A DNA stretch of 64,000 nucleotides from contig JAKPOQ010000004.1 in assembly GCA_029547745.1 (NCBI GenBank), positions 2,737 through 66,736 on the forward strand, read 5' to 3'. Below, in pieces: positions 7,441 through 16,062 of the stretch. Every line of letters begins with the position of its first letter. Position 1 is the stretch's first letter. This stretch comes from Actinomycetes bacterium. GTDB lineage: Bacteria > Actinomycetota > Thermoleophilia > UBA2241. The notes below the pieces were generated by a model. The model saw nothing but the letters and a program-made list of their open reading frames with translations, made no database searches and had not been told where the DNA came from. A program made the translations under genes and the position numbers.

Positions 7441-10400
7441 TCACCCTTCCGCGTGGTACTTGCCGTAGTCGCAGCGCAGACACCGTTTCGCCTCGGCCAG
7501 GGCCACCTCGGCGGCCCAGCCCAGTTCGACCTCATCGAAGCTCTTCACACGCTGCGCCACCGGGAGCTCCTCGATCGTGTGGCGCTCCACCGGCACCGGG
7601 TCGGCGTCCGGGTCGAAGGCCGTCGGCGGCTCGATGTCGCGCCGCCAGAACGCATGGTTCGCGCCCGTGAGGAGCTCGTCGATGCCGGCGGCGGCGCGCT
7701 CGCCGGCGCCGATCGCCTCGACCACCGAAGAGGGGCCGGTCATGGCGTCGCCGCCGGTGAAGACCCAGTCGACCGAGGTCCGCCCGGTCTTGCGGTCGGC
7801 GGCGAGGTAGCCCCGCCGGTCGAGCTCGATCGGCGTGCCGTCGAGGACGGCCGCGGCGTCGAGCTTCTGCCCGATGGCGGCGATCACCGTGTCGGCCTCG
7901 ACCACGAACGCAGGGTCGTGGCCGGCCACGGGCTGGCGCCGCCCGCTCCTGTCGTAGTCGCCAAGGGCCATGCGCGTGCAGCGCACGCCCGTCACGTTGC
8001 CCTCGGCGTCACGGAGGATCTCCTCCGGGGCCACGAGGGTCATGATCTCGATGCCCTCGAGGTCGGCGGCGTCGATCTCCTCGCTCCACGCCGGCATCTC
8101 GGCCCGCGTGCGACGGTAGAGGATCTTGACCGACTCGGCGCCGAGGCGGATGGCGGTCCGGGCGGCGTCGATGGCCGCGTTCCCGCCGCCGATGACCGCC
8201 ACGTTCGTGCCGACCCTGGCCGTGCCGTGGAGGTTGTAGTCCTTGAGGAAGGAGAGGCCGTCGTACACGCCGGGACCGTCCTCGCCGGGGACGCCGATGC
8301 CCATGCCTCGCGGGGCGCCGACGGCGACGAACACGGCTTCGTAGCCCTCGTCGCGGAGGCTCTGCAGCGTGAAGTCGCGGCCGAGCGCCTTCCCGTACTC
8401 GAAGTGCACGCCCATGCCCTCGATCATCGCGACCTCGCGCGCGAGCTCCTTGCGTGGCAGGCGGTAGGCCGGGATGGCCTGGACCAGCATGCCGCCGGCC
8501 TTGGGCTCCGCCTCGAAGACGACCGGCTTGTATCCGAGCCGGGCGAGGAAGTAGGCGGCGGAAAGGCCGGCGGGTCCGGAGCCGACGATCGCCACCTTGC
8601 GGCGGGCGTTCTCGGCGTTCTCGCGGATCTCCGGGAGCTGCGGCGTCGTCTCCTGCTCGACCATGAAGCGCTTGACCTGACGGATCGCCAGCGGGCCGTC
8701 GAGGGTCGCGCGCATGCACTTGCGCTCGCACGGATGGAAGCACACGCGAGCGCAGATGCTCGCCAGCGGGTTCCGCTCGCGATGGAACCTGAGCGCCTCG
8801 TCGTACCTGCCCTCGGCCACAAGGCTCACGAACCCGGGGATGTTGACGTTCGCCGGGCACGCGTTGGAACAGCGGGCTTTGAACAGGCTTGAGCAGACGC
8901 CGGCCTCGCAGTACTTGTCCTTGATGTGGGCCTCGTACTCGTGGCGGAAGTGGCGGATGGTCGAGAGGACCGGGTTCGGCGCCGTCTGCCCAAGGCCGCA
9001 GAGGGCCGTCTGGCTGATGGTCTCGCCGAGCGCGATGAGGCGCTCGATGTCGCCTTCTTCACCCTCGCCGTTGCAGATGCGTTCCACGATCTCGAGCATC
9101 CGCTTGGTGCCCACGCGGCAGGGCGTGCATTTGCCGCAGCTCTCCTCTTGGGTGAACTCGAGGAAGAAGCGGGCGATGTCGACCATGCAGGTGTCCTCGT
9201 CCATGACGATGACGCCGCCGGAGCCCATGATGGCGCCGAGCTCCTGCAACGTGGCGTAGTCGACCGGCACGTTGAGGTGCTCACGGGGGATGCAGCCGCC
9301 GGAGGGCCCGCCGAGCTGCGCCGCTTTGTAGGTCTTGCCGTTGGGGATCCCGCCGCCGACGTCGTAGATGAGCTCGCCGAGCTGCATGCCGATCGGCACT
9401 TCGACGAGGCCGGTGTGCTGGACGTTGCCCCCGAGGGCGAAGACCTTGGTCCCCTTGCTCTTCTCGGTGCCGGTGCTCGCGTACCACTCGGCGCCCTTGA
9501 GGATGATCGGGGCGATGTTGGCGAAGGTCTCGACGTTGTTGAGCACACTGGGCTTGCCCCAGAGGCCCGAGACGGCCGGGAAGGGAGGCCGCGGGCGAGG
9601 CTCACCGCGATGGCCCTCGATGGAGGTCATCAGCGCGGTCTCCTCGCCGCAGACGAAGGCGCCCGAGCCCATGCGGATCTCGAGGTCGAAGTCGAAGCCG
9701 CTCCCGAGGATGTCCTTGCCGAGCAGCCCGTACTCGCGCGCCTGGTTCAGGGCGTGCTCGAGACGCTCGACGGCAAGCGGATACTCGGCGCGCACATACA
9801 CGTACCCCTGGTGCGCGCCGATGGCGTAGGCGCCGATGATCATGCCCTCGATGAGGGAGTGCGGGTCGCCTTCGAGGACGGAGCGGTCCATGAACGCGCC
9901 GGGGTCGCCTTCGTCGGCGTTGCACAACATGTACTTGACGTCGCTGCCCTGCTGCTGGGCGAACCGCCACTTCATGCCAGTGGGAAAGCCGGCGCCGCCG
10001 CGACCGCGCAGGCCGCTGGCCAGCACCTCCTCGACGACCTGTTCGGGGGTCATCTCGGTGACGACCTTGGCGAGGGCTTGGTACCCGTCGCGGGCGATGT
10101 ACTCGCCGATGTCGAGGGGGTCGATGATCCCGCAGTTCCGCAGCACGATCTTGACCTGGCGGTTGAAGAACGGGATGTCCGTCATCTCCGCCTGGGTCTT
10201 GTCGGTACCGGGAGCGTGGCTCACGAGGCGCTCGACGACGCGGCCCTTGAGCAGGTGCTCCTCGACGATCTCGGGGACGTCCTCGACGTGGACGTTCTGG
10301 TAGAAGACCCCGTCCGGGTAGACCAGGGCCACCGGGCCACGCACGCAGGGGCCGAGACAGCCGGTCTCCACGACGTCGACCTCGCCGGCCAGGTCTCTCT

Positions 10401-10506
10401 TCTCGAGCTCGGCGCGTACGGCCTGGCTCACCTCGAGCGACCCGGAGGCGATGCAGCCGCCGCCCGTGCAGACCAGGAAATGGGTTCTCGATGCAGTCAT
10501 AGTCAT
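7441..10506 (-). CDS. hydB: HydB-like NuoF flavoprotein with N-terminal thioredoxin-like [2Fe-2S] domain, fused to a C-terminal GltD/SudA-like NAD(P)H-dependent FAD oxidoreductase domain
   Basis: 1021 aa. NuoF motifs: GLRGRGGAGFPTGMKW, CNADEGDPGAF, CGKCTPCRVG. GltD-like module: 2x[4Fe-4S] (CEAGVCSS...CSNACP; CARVCFHPCERKC), FAD dinucleotide fold VAIVGSGPAGLSAAYFL and a second GG motif VAVIGGGNAAIDAA. Confidence 0.85.
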   Translation of the reverse strand: MTMTASRTHFLVCTGGGCIASGSLEVSQAVRAELEKRDLAGEVDVVETGCLGPCVRGPVALVYPDGVFYQNVHVEDVPEIVEEHLLKGRVVERLVSHAPGTDKTQAEMTDIPFFNRQVKIVLRNCGIIDPLDIGEYIARDGYQALAKVVTEMTPEQVVEEVLASGLRGRGGAGFPTGMKWRFAQQQGSDVKYMLCNADEGDPGAFMDRSVLEGDPHSLIEGMIIGAYAIGAHQGYVYVRAEYPLAVERLEHALNQAREYGLLGKDILGSGFDFDLEIRMGSGAFVCGEETALMTSIEGHRGEPRPRPPFPAVSGLWGKPSVLNNVETFANIAPIILKGAEWYASTGTEKSKGTKVFALGGNVQHTGLVEVPIGMQLGELIYDVGGGIPNGKTYKAAQLGGPSGGCIPREHLNVPVDYATLQELGAIMGSGGVIVMDEDTCMVDIARFFLEFTQEESCGKCTPCRVGTKRMLEIVERICNGEGEEGDIERLIALGETISQTALCGLGQTAPNPVLSTIRHFRHEYEAHIKDKYCEAGVCSSLFKARCSNACPANVNIPGFVSLVAEGRYDEALRFHRERNPLASICARVCFHPCERKCMRATLDGPLAIRQVKRFMVEQETTPQLPEIRENAENARRKVAIVGSGPAGLSAAYFLARLGYKPVVFEAEPKAGGMLVQAIPAYRLPRKELAREVAMIEGMGVHFEYGKALGRDFTLQSLRDEGYEAVFVAVGAPRGMGIGVPGEDGPGVYDGLSFLKDYNLHGTARVGTNVAVIGGGNAAIDAARTAIRLGAESVKILYRRTRAEMPAWSEEIDAADLEGIEIMTLVAPEEILRDAEGNVTGVRCTRMALGDYDRSGRRQPVAGHDPAFVVEADTVIAAIGQKLDAAAVLDGTPIELDRRGYLAADRKTGRTSVDWVFTGGDAMTGPSSVVEAIGAGERAAAGIDELLTGANHAFWRRDIEPPTAFDPDADPVPVERHTIEELPVAQRVKSFDEVELGWAAEVALAEAKRCLRCDYGKYHAEG

Positions 10507-10517
10507 GTCACCCGCTC

Positions 10518-10889
10518 TCAGGCTTCGATCAGGTAGGCGGTCACGGGCTCGCCTCCCAAGAGGTGCTTCTGAACGATCTCGCGGACCTTGGCCTCATCCA
10601 GGAGGCCGTAGCGGTACATCGTGCCGTCGGCATGGGTCACGGTCGCCATGGGCTCCTCTTCACAGAGCCCGGCGCAGCCGGTCTGGTGCAAGCTCACGTC
10701 GCTGACGCCCGCTTCTCCCATCTCGGCCATGAACGAGGCGAGCACGCCACGGGCGCCGGCGGCGATGCCGCACGTGCCCATGTGGACGGTCACCTGGGTC
10801 TCCTTGCGCCCTTGACGCACGTTGAGGCCGGCCTTGGCCGCCTCGGCGAGCGCCTTGAGCTGGTCGGGGCTGGTGATCTTCGCGGCCAT
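10518..10889 (-). CDS. Thioredoxin-like [2Fe-2S] ferredoxin (HndB-like small subunit)
   Basis: The 123-aa product starts at MAAKITSPDQ, in the last third of track ORF 10518..11408 (the earlier part is R-rich overlap with hydC). Cys pattern: HMGTCGIAAG...GCAGLCEEEP. Confidence 0.75.
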   Translation of the reverse strand: MAAKITSPDQLKALAEAAKAGLNVRQGRKETQVTVHMGTCGIAAGARGVLASFMAEMGEAGVSDVSLHQTGCAGLCEEEPMATVTHADGTMYRYGLLDEAKVREIVQKHLLGGEPVTAYLIEA

Positions 10890-10891
10890 CG

Positions 10892-11443
10892 TCAGGCGCT
10901 CCTTTCGGCCAACGCCGGCTCGCCGGCGTACTGGGCGAGGATCTCGTTGACGCGTTTCGGCTTGACGCGATGGTGGACGTCCTCGTCGACCATGATCACC
11001 GGGGCCAACCCGCAGGCGCCGAAGCAGCGCCCGATGGCGAGCGAGAACCGGCGATCGTCGGTGGTCCCCCCGATGTCGATGTCGAGTTCTTTCTTGAGGG
11101 CGTCCAACACCTGCACGCCGCCTCTGACGTAGCACGCCGTGCCGAGGCAGACGCGGACGAGGTGCTCGCCGCGCGGCACCGTGGTGAAGAACGAGTAGAA
11201 GCCGACGACGCCGGCGACCTCGCTGTACGGCTTGCCCAGCCGGCGCGCGATGTGCTTGAGGGCGACCTCCGGCAGGTAGCCGAAGATGCCCTGGGCGAGT
11301 TGCAGGACGGGGATGAGGGCGCCGGGCTTGCCACGATAGTCCTCGATCACCGCGTCGAGGCGTTCGAGGAGCTCTTCCTCGGTCGGCTCCTCGGCGCAGC
11401 ACTCGCACCGCTTGACGTCTTCGTTCATTCGGCTCTCCTTCAC
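10892..11443 (-). CDS. hydC: HydC, NuoE-like [2Fe-2S] subunit
   Basis: 183 aa; NuoE motifs VCLGTACYVRG and GRCFGACGLAPVIMV. Confidence 0.85.
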   Translation of the reverse strand: MKESRMNEDVKRCECCAEEPTEEELLERLDAVIEDYRGKPGALIPVLQLAQGIFGYLPEVALKHIARRLGKPYSEVAGVVGFYSFFTTVPRGEHLVRVCLGTACYVRGGVQVLDALKKELDIDIGGTTDDRRFSLAIGRCFGACGLAPVIMVDEDVHHRVKPKRVNEILAQYAGEPALAERSA

Positions 11444-11480
11444 TCCGTTCGCTTGTTCTCTGCCGCGCAGGTTCTCTGCG

Positions 11481-11975
11481 TCAGTCCAGTGATCGTTGAA
11501 AGGCGCGGAGGGTGTCGAGCCGGGCGGGCAACGTCTCCCGTCCCAGCACGACGAGTTCTCCGTCCTCGCGCAGTTCGACGCTGAAGGCCACCTCCGGGTT
11601 GGTCACCGTCATCGTCAGGATGCTCAGGGCGACGTCGCCGGCCGGTGGCCGGTCGACGTTGGTGAGGCTCATGCGCGCCTCGACGGCTGTCCCACCGAGG
11701 CGCTCCGAGGAGCTGACGCTGAGTCCGCCGCCGGCGGCCTCGGCCTCCTGCCTGAGCAGGCTGAGGCCGAGGCCGGTCTTCTTGCCCGGCTTGGTGGTGT
11801 AGAAGGGGTCCAGGGCGGCGTCGGGCGGAACCGGCAAGCCGGGGCCGTCGTCCTCGACCGTGAGGGCGAGCAGATCGGCCCGCCGGTCGACGGCGAGCGT
11901 CACCGCGACACGCGTCGCCCCGGCGCGCACCGAGTTCTCGAGAAGCTCGAGGAGGTAGAGCGAGAGGTCATGCAT
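11481..11975 (-). CDS. Small GHKL/HATPase_c-like ATPase (anti-sigma-factor/Ser-kinase-like) conserved in [FeFe]-hydrogenase operons
   Basis: 164 aa. N-box-like ENSVRAG, G-box DDGPGLP and GLGLSL. The start overlaps the PHP gene stop by 8 nt. Confidence 0.65.
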   Translation of the reverse strand: MHDLSLYLLELLENSVRAGATRVAVTLAVDRRADLLALTVEDDGPGLPVPPDAALDPFYTTKPGKKTGLGLSLLRQEAEAAGGGLSVSSSERLGGTAVEARMSLTNVDRPPAGDVALSILTMTVTNPEVAFSVELREDGELVVLGRETLPARLDTLRAFQRSLD

Positions 11976-12708
11976 CGGCCACGCCCCTGCCTCCGTCGGC
12001 GCGCAGCGCCAGGGTCAGCTCGGCGAACGTCGCCTCGGCGACCGTCAGTCGCGTGCCGGCCGCCCCGAGGTCACTGAGGTAGTGGCCGTCCGACGAGCGT
12101 ACGACCGGCAGCCCGAAGGCCCGGAAGCGCGCCTCGGCCTCGCTCCCTGAAGCGACATGGCGCGACACCTCGACGGCGTCGAACCTTGCGTCGCGCGGGA
12201 AGACGCCGAGCTGGCTGATGACGCTGAACGACGGACGGTCCACATGCGCCGCCACGGCGAGGCCGCCGTGACGGTGGACGAGGTCCACGCAGGCGGTGAC
12301 GCCGAGCGGCGTCGCCGTCGCCAGGGCGCGCGTCTCGCGGGCGACGATGTCGCCGTGCGCGTCGAGCACGTGCTGTTCGCCGAAGAACTCGATGTAGCCG
12401 TCTCCGGCTTCGGGGAGCAGCGCCGTCACCTCTGCGCCGGCCGTCTCGGCGGCCGCGGCGTGGGGGAAGAGGCCGAGGACGTGGCACTCCTCGACGCTCG
12501 TGATCTCCATGCCGGCGACCACGGTGAGGCGCGCGTCGGCCGCCGCCTGGACGGCGGCGACGTTGCGCGCGCTGTTGTGGTCGCAGATCGCGATCATCGC
12601 CAGGCCCTCAGCCAGCGCTCCGGCCACGATGGCGGGCGGCGTCATCGCGTCGTCCGCGCAGGGCGAGAGCGCGGTGTGCACGTGCAGGTCTGCCAGGATG
12701 TCGATCAC
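11968..12708 (-). CDS. PHP (polymerase/histidinol-phosphatase) domain metal-dependent phosphoesterase
   Basis: 246 aa. Starts MIDILADLHVHTALSP (PHP motif I), then ICDHNS (motif II) and further His/Asp ligands. Confidence 0.75.
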   Translation of the reverse strand: MIDILADLHVHTALSPCADDAMTPPAIVAGALAEGLAMIAICDHNSARNVAAVQAAADARLTVVAGMEITSVEECHVLGLFPHAAAAETAGAEVTALLPEAGDGYIEFFGEQHVLDAHGDIVARETRALATATPLGVTACVDLVHRHGGLAVAAHVDRPSFSVISQLGVFPRDARFDAVEVSRHVASGSEAEARFRAFGLPVVRSSDGHYLSDLGAAGTRLTVAEATFAELTLALRADGGRGVADA

Positions 12709-12760
12709 GCATCAGGTCCTTCGTGGCGCGTCGGGTCCTTCATCGAGCCTCCTCGCGGTG

Positions 12761-13111
12761 TCAGGCGCCGCATCCTCTCACGCCGCGGGTGTAGAGCTGG
12801 CCGACGACCTCGAAGGTGTCGTCGTCGGCCCCGTACAGCGCGAGGCCCTCCTCGGTCGCCTTGGCGACGACGTCCTCGTCCGGTCGTCGCCCGCCGCTGA
12901 ACACCACGGCGGCGATGTCGGCGTGGCCGGCCACGGCGACGACGTTGAGGTGGACCTGAAGGGTCACCAGCAGTCCGCCGGCGGGGGCGTGCGCGAGGAC
13001 ATCGCTCAGGAGGTCGGACGCGTACCCCCTGGTGACCTCGGCGGTGGCGTCGCCGGCGCCGGCGTTCAGCTCGGTCAAGCCGAGCTCGGCGACGATCTCC
13101 TGGAGCTTCAT
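12761..13111 (-). CDS. DRTGG-domain protein
   Basis: The real start is MKLQEIVAELG (residue 38 of track ORF 12761..13222), an ATGA overlap with the upstream gene stop. About 116 aa. It resembles the C-terminal domain of the rex fusion at 14697..15746. Confidence 0.6.
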   Translation of the reverse strand: MKLQEIVAELGLTELNAGAGDATAEVTRGYASDLLSDVLAHAPAGGLLVTLQVHLNVVAVAGHADIAAVVFSGGRRPDEDVVAKATEEGLALYGADDDTFEVVGQLYTRGVRGCGA

Positions 13112-14694
13112 CGCACCCTCTCTTCGTCGGTTCGTGCGCCGCTCTGCGATGCCTGGGCGGCGTAGGGGCAGAGGTCGCGCGCGGCGCGGCCGGTGATGAC
13201 GTCTTCGGCGAAGGCCGCGCATGTGGGCGCGCCGCAGACGGTGCAGTCTTTGCCGGGCAGACCGTCGGCCACGCGTTCGAGCTCGGTGAGCTTGCGGATG
13301 GCGGTCGCCATGTCGGGGTCGAGCCGGATGCCGGGCCGGGGCTGGTACGCCAGCCTCCGCTCATGCGCGCGCCCGCCGGCGGCCACATCGGCCGCCGCCC
13401 AGCGCCACGCCGACAACGAGGGCTCGTTCTGCAGGAGAGGCGACCCGAGACAGCCGCCGTCGCACAGGTACGGTTCGACGACGGGGACGTCTGTGAGCAG
13501 GCCGTTCTCGAGCTGGTCGAGGACGGCGACCACCCGGCCCGCGCCGGTGACGACGAGCACGTCGTCCTCGTCGGTGGGCCGGCTGCCGCTCGGCGCCGGC
13601 GCGGGAGGCCCTTGACCGGCGGCGACGAGCGGGGCGAGCAGCTTGCGCAGGGCGCCGGGCGTCGTGATGGCGCCCTGTGCCGTGGGGCGCTGCGCGAGCA
13701 GGGCGCTGCGCTGGCCGGGGCACGAGACCACGAACACGGCGTCAGCGTCGGCGAGGTCGAGCTGCGCGGCCTCGAGCGGCGACGCCAGCGGCGCCAGGTG
13801 AGGGAGGAGCGCTGGGAAGCGGAGCTCGATCAGCGCGACGACGCCCGGGCAGACGGGCGAAACGACGGGCGACGGGCCCACCGGCGCCGCGGCGCGCTCG
13901 CTCACGGCAGCGCGCAAGGCGGCTTCATAGCCGTGCGTCACGACGACGTCCACCGCTCCCAAAGCGCGGAGCGCGGCGAGGGCCGCCCCGGGCCCGCCGA
14001 ACGGGTAGTAGTCGACGAGCACGCCCGGCGGCACGACGACCGTGGCGCCGTCGAGGGACGGCGGGGATGCGGAGCCGGCGACCGTCAGCGCCCGGGGCGT
14101 GCACGCCGCGATACAGGCCGCGCAGTCGACGCAGAGATGCCCGAGGACGGTGGGCGCCCCGTCGCGCACCCGCACGGCTCCCGTCGGGCAGGCGAGGACG
14201 CAGCGCCGGCAGTCGCGGCAGAGCGCGGCGCGCGCGACGAGCGACGTCGGTCGCTCGTCGCGCGCGCCGCGCTCTGCGCGCAGCAGGATGGTGAAGCTGA
14301 CCGTCGTGCCCTTGCCGACCTCGGACGTGACGCGCAGGCGGTCGCTGTTGCGGCGGATGTTGGGCAGGCCGAGGCCCGCGCCGAAACCCAGAGCGCGGGC
14401 CTCGGGCGGCGCCGTCGAAAAACCCTCGCGCATGGCCGCCTCGATGTCCGGGATGCCGGGGCCGCCGTCGCTGACGCTCACGTCGAGCTGGCCTTCGTCC
14501 ACGGCCGCTTCAAGAACACCACCTTGAGCGGCATGGATGACGACGTTCATCTCGGCCTCGTACGCGGCGATCACGGCGCGACGGACGGTCTCACTTTCGG
14601 CGCCGATCCGCTTGAGATGCTGCTTGAGGGCGCGCGATGCGGCGCCGGCGCCGGTGAAGTCGCGGGCCTGGATGTCGAAGCGCAGGGTCTCCAC
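13108..14694 (-). CDS. Fusion protein: GHKL/HATPase_c-like domain + 2x[4Fe-4S] ferredoxin domain + C-terminal RnfB-type FeS (PF04060-like) domain
   Basis: This is the 3' 529 codons of track ORF 13108..15375; the 5' part of that ORF is an R-rich shadow of rex. The putative GTG start overlaps the rex stop. Motifs: NVVIHAAQGG, DGGPGIPD and GLGLPNI (ATPase); CRDCRRCVLACP and CVDCAACIAAC (ferredoxin); CDGGC...LPGKDCTVCGAPTCAAFAEDV (RnfB N-terminal-type FeS). Confidence 0.65.
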   Translation of the reverse strand: METLRFDIQARDFTGAGAASRALKQHLKRIGAESETVRRAVIAAYEAEMNVVIHAAQGGVLEAAVDEGQLDVSVSDGGPGIPDIEAAMREGFSTAPPEARALGFGAGLGLPNIRRNSDRLRVTSEVGKGTTVSFTILLRAERGARDERPTSLVARAALCRDCRRCVLACPTGAVRVRDGAPTVLGHLCVDCAACIAACTPRALTVAGSASPPSLDGATVVVPPGVLVDYYPFGGPGAALAALRALGAVDVVVTHGYEAALRAAVSERAAAPVGPSPVVSPVCPGVVALIELRFPALLPHLAPLASPLEAAQLDLADADAVFVVSCPGQRSALLAQRPTAQGAITTPGALRKLLAPLVAAGQGPPAPAPSGSRPTDEDDVLVVTGAGRVVAVLDQLENGLLTDVPVVEPYLCDGGCLGSPLLQNEPSLSAWRWAAADVAAGGRAHERRLAYQPRPGIRLDPDMATAIRKLTELERVADGLPGKDCTVCGAPTCAAFAEDVITGRAARDLCPYAAQASQSGARTDEERVR

Positions 14695-14696
14695 CG

Positions 14697-15746
14697 TCAG
14701 TCGCGTCCGTTCCCGGAGAGGTGCTGGTAGATCCGCCCGCAGGTCTCGAACACACCGTCGGGAGAGACCATGAGCAGCGTCCCCGTCCCGTGCGCCAGGG
14801 CGACGAGCTCGTCGTCCGGTTCGACACCGTTCACGAAGCAGATACCGGGCACGTCCATGAGTTCGGCGACGCGCAACATCTGTACGCTGGCCAGGTTGCT
14901 GACGAGGAGGGTCTTGTCGGACGCCTCGTTGAGCAGGTCGCTGACGCGGTCCCCGGCGTAGATCTTCGTGATCCCGGTACCGCCGGGTGCGCCAGGGGTC
15001 ACGATGCGCGCCCCGATGAGGCGGGCAAGGTCTTCGAGCTTCATCGCCCTCCTCGCAAGCAGCGTCTCGAGTTGCTTCACGATCGGTCCGATCTCGCTGC
15101 CGCGGTTGTCGCCGGGTGCCTCCACCTCGGCCTCGCGGCGCCGCGAGAAGAACGCCGCCGATTCCAGGGCGGCGGTCAGGTCCATATACTCCACGAAGAT
15201 CTCGCGCGGAAGGTCGAGCGGGACGGGGGCGAAGCTGATGATGCTCTTCACGCCGGCGCGTACGAGCGTCTCGGCGCTGGCCTGTGCGGCCCTTGCGGGT
15301 ACCGTCAGCACGGCGATCTCGATCCCGAGGTTGCGCACGAGTTCCTCCATGCGTGCGGCGTCCATGACGCGGCACGATTGCACGGTGGTCCCCACCAGTC
15401 GTGGGTCTGTGTCGAACGCGACGACGATAGCGGCTGAGGGGCTGGCCGCCGCGAGGTGCTGGAGCACTGCCCGGCCGAGGTTGCCGACCCCGACCAGGGC
15501 GACCTCCTGGCGGACGGCGCCGTCGAGGAAGCTGCTGAGGCTCTCGATGCAGAGCTCCACGTCGTAACCCTTCTTCGGGCTGCCCGAGTAGCCGATCGCC
15601 ATCAGGTCGCGCCGCACTTGCGCGGCGCTGACCACGGCGTGGCGCGCGAGTTCGTGTGAGTAGATGTTGCGGACGCCCTGGTCGCGCAGCGACACGAGGA
15701 GACGTCGATAGCGGCTGAGGCGGGCGACGGTCTTCCGTGAGACCAC
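14697..15746 (-). CDS. rex: Rex redox-sensing (NADH/NAD+) transcriptional repressor fused to a C-terminal DRTGG domain
   Basis: 349 aa with GTG start. The Rex wHTH (TVARLSRYRRLL...IYSHELA...VSAAQVRRDL) and Rossmann GxGxxG (LVGVGNLGRAVL) end around residue 215. An additional ~115-aa domain (MKLEDLARLIG...YAGDRVSDLL...) follows with no intervening stop. Confidence 0.8.
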   Translation of the reverse strand: MVSRKTVARLSRYRRLLVSLRDQGVRNIYSHELARHAVVSAAQVRRDLMAIGYSGSPKKGYDVELCIESLSSFLDGAVRQEVALVGVGNLGRAVLQHLAAASPSAAIVVAFDTDPRLVGTTVQSCRVMDAARMEELVRNLGIEIAVLTVPARAAQASAETLVRAGVKSIISFAPVPLDLPREIFVEYMDLTAALESAAFFSRRREAEVEAPGDNRGSEIGPIVKQLETLLARRAMKLEDLARLIGARIVTPGAPGGTGITKIYAGDRVSDLLNEASDKTLLVSNLASVQMLRVAELMDVPGICFVNGVEPDDELVALAHGTGTLLMVSPDGVFETCGRIYQHLSGNGRD

Positions 15747-15792
15747 TGACTTGACTCCTGCAATGGGTGTGTTAGCCGTTACAGAACGAACG

Positions 15793-15810
15793 CTGTGAAA
15801 ACTGTAACGA
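15793..15810. promoter_or_regulatory. Candidate degenerate Rex operator (CTGTGAAAACTGTAACGA vs consensus TTGTGAANNNNTTCACAA), nested in an inverted repeat GTTACAG-N17-CTGTAAC (15778..15808)
   Basis: Located 47-64 nt upstream of the rex GTG start, with 14 of 18 positions matching the consensus outside the spacer. Coordinates were read from the printed sequence. Confidence 0.3.
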
Positions 15811-16062
15811 TTCTCCCCCTGAGAGACGCTGCTGTCAACGCGGGCGACTTGGACAGGATGTCCAAGGGATGTGGCATTGTCGTGTCCTCGGTATGTGTGA
15901 TCGTCCGTGGCCCCATGGTTCCGCTCTGGTAAAGTGTCGACGAGTCAGAGTGGAGGGGAGAACGGAGTCGCATCGTTGCCTCGGCGCGATGCCGTCAAGG
16001 TGACGTTCGCCGACCGGCTTCTCCGCTTGACACGGTACCGCTGTCTCTCTGGAGGTTGCCCG

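Noticed and set aside
7336-10536. Long plus-strand ORFs 7336..8892 (518 aa) and 8926..10536 (536 aa), plus minus-strand 8009..8860 and 8826..9605
   Set aside because: Antisense or alternate-frame shadows of hydB (7441..10506). Their composition is dominated by R/A/G/D/P, with no domains. hydB has clear NuoF and GltD motifs.
13363-14730. 455-aa plus-strand ORF and nested 13677..14294 ORF
   Set aside because: Antisense to the GHKL-ferredoxin fusion gene; Arg-rich artefact.
14697-15746. Rex and DRTGG as two separate genes
   Set aside because: There is no stop codon between the Rex Rossmann domain and the DRTGG-like domain in the track ORF, so I call it a single fusion protein (a sequencing error cannot be excluded).
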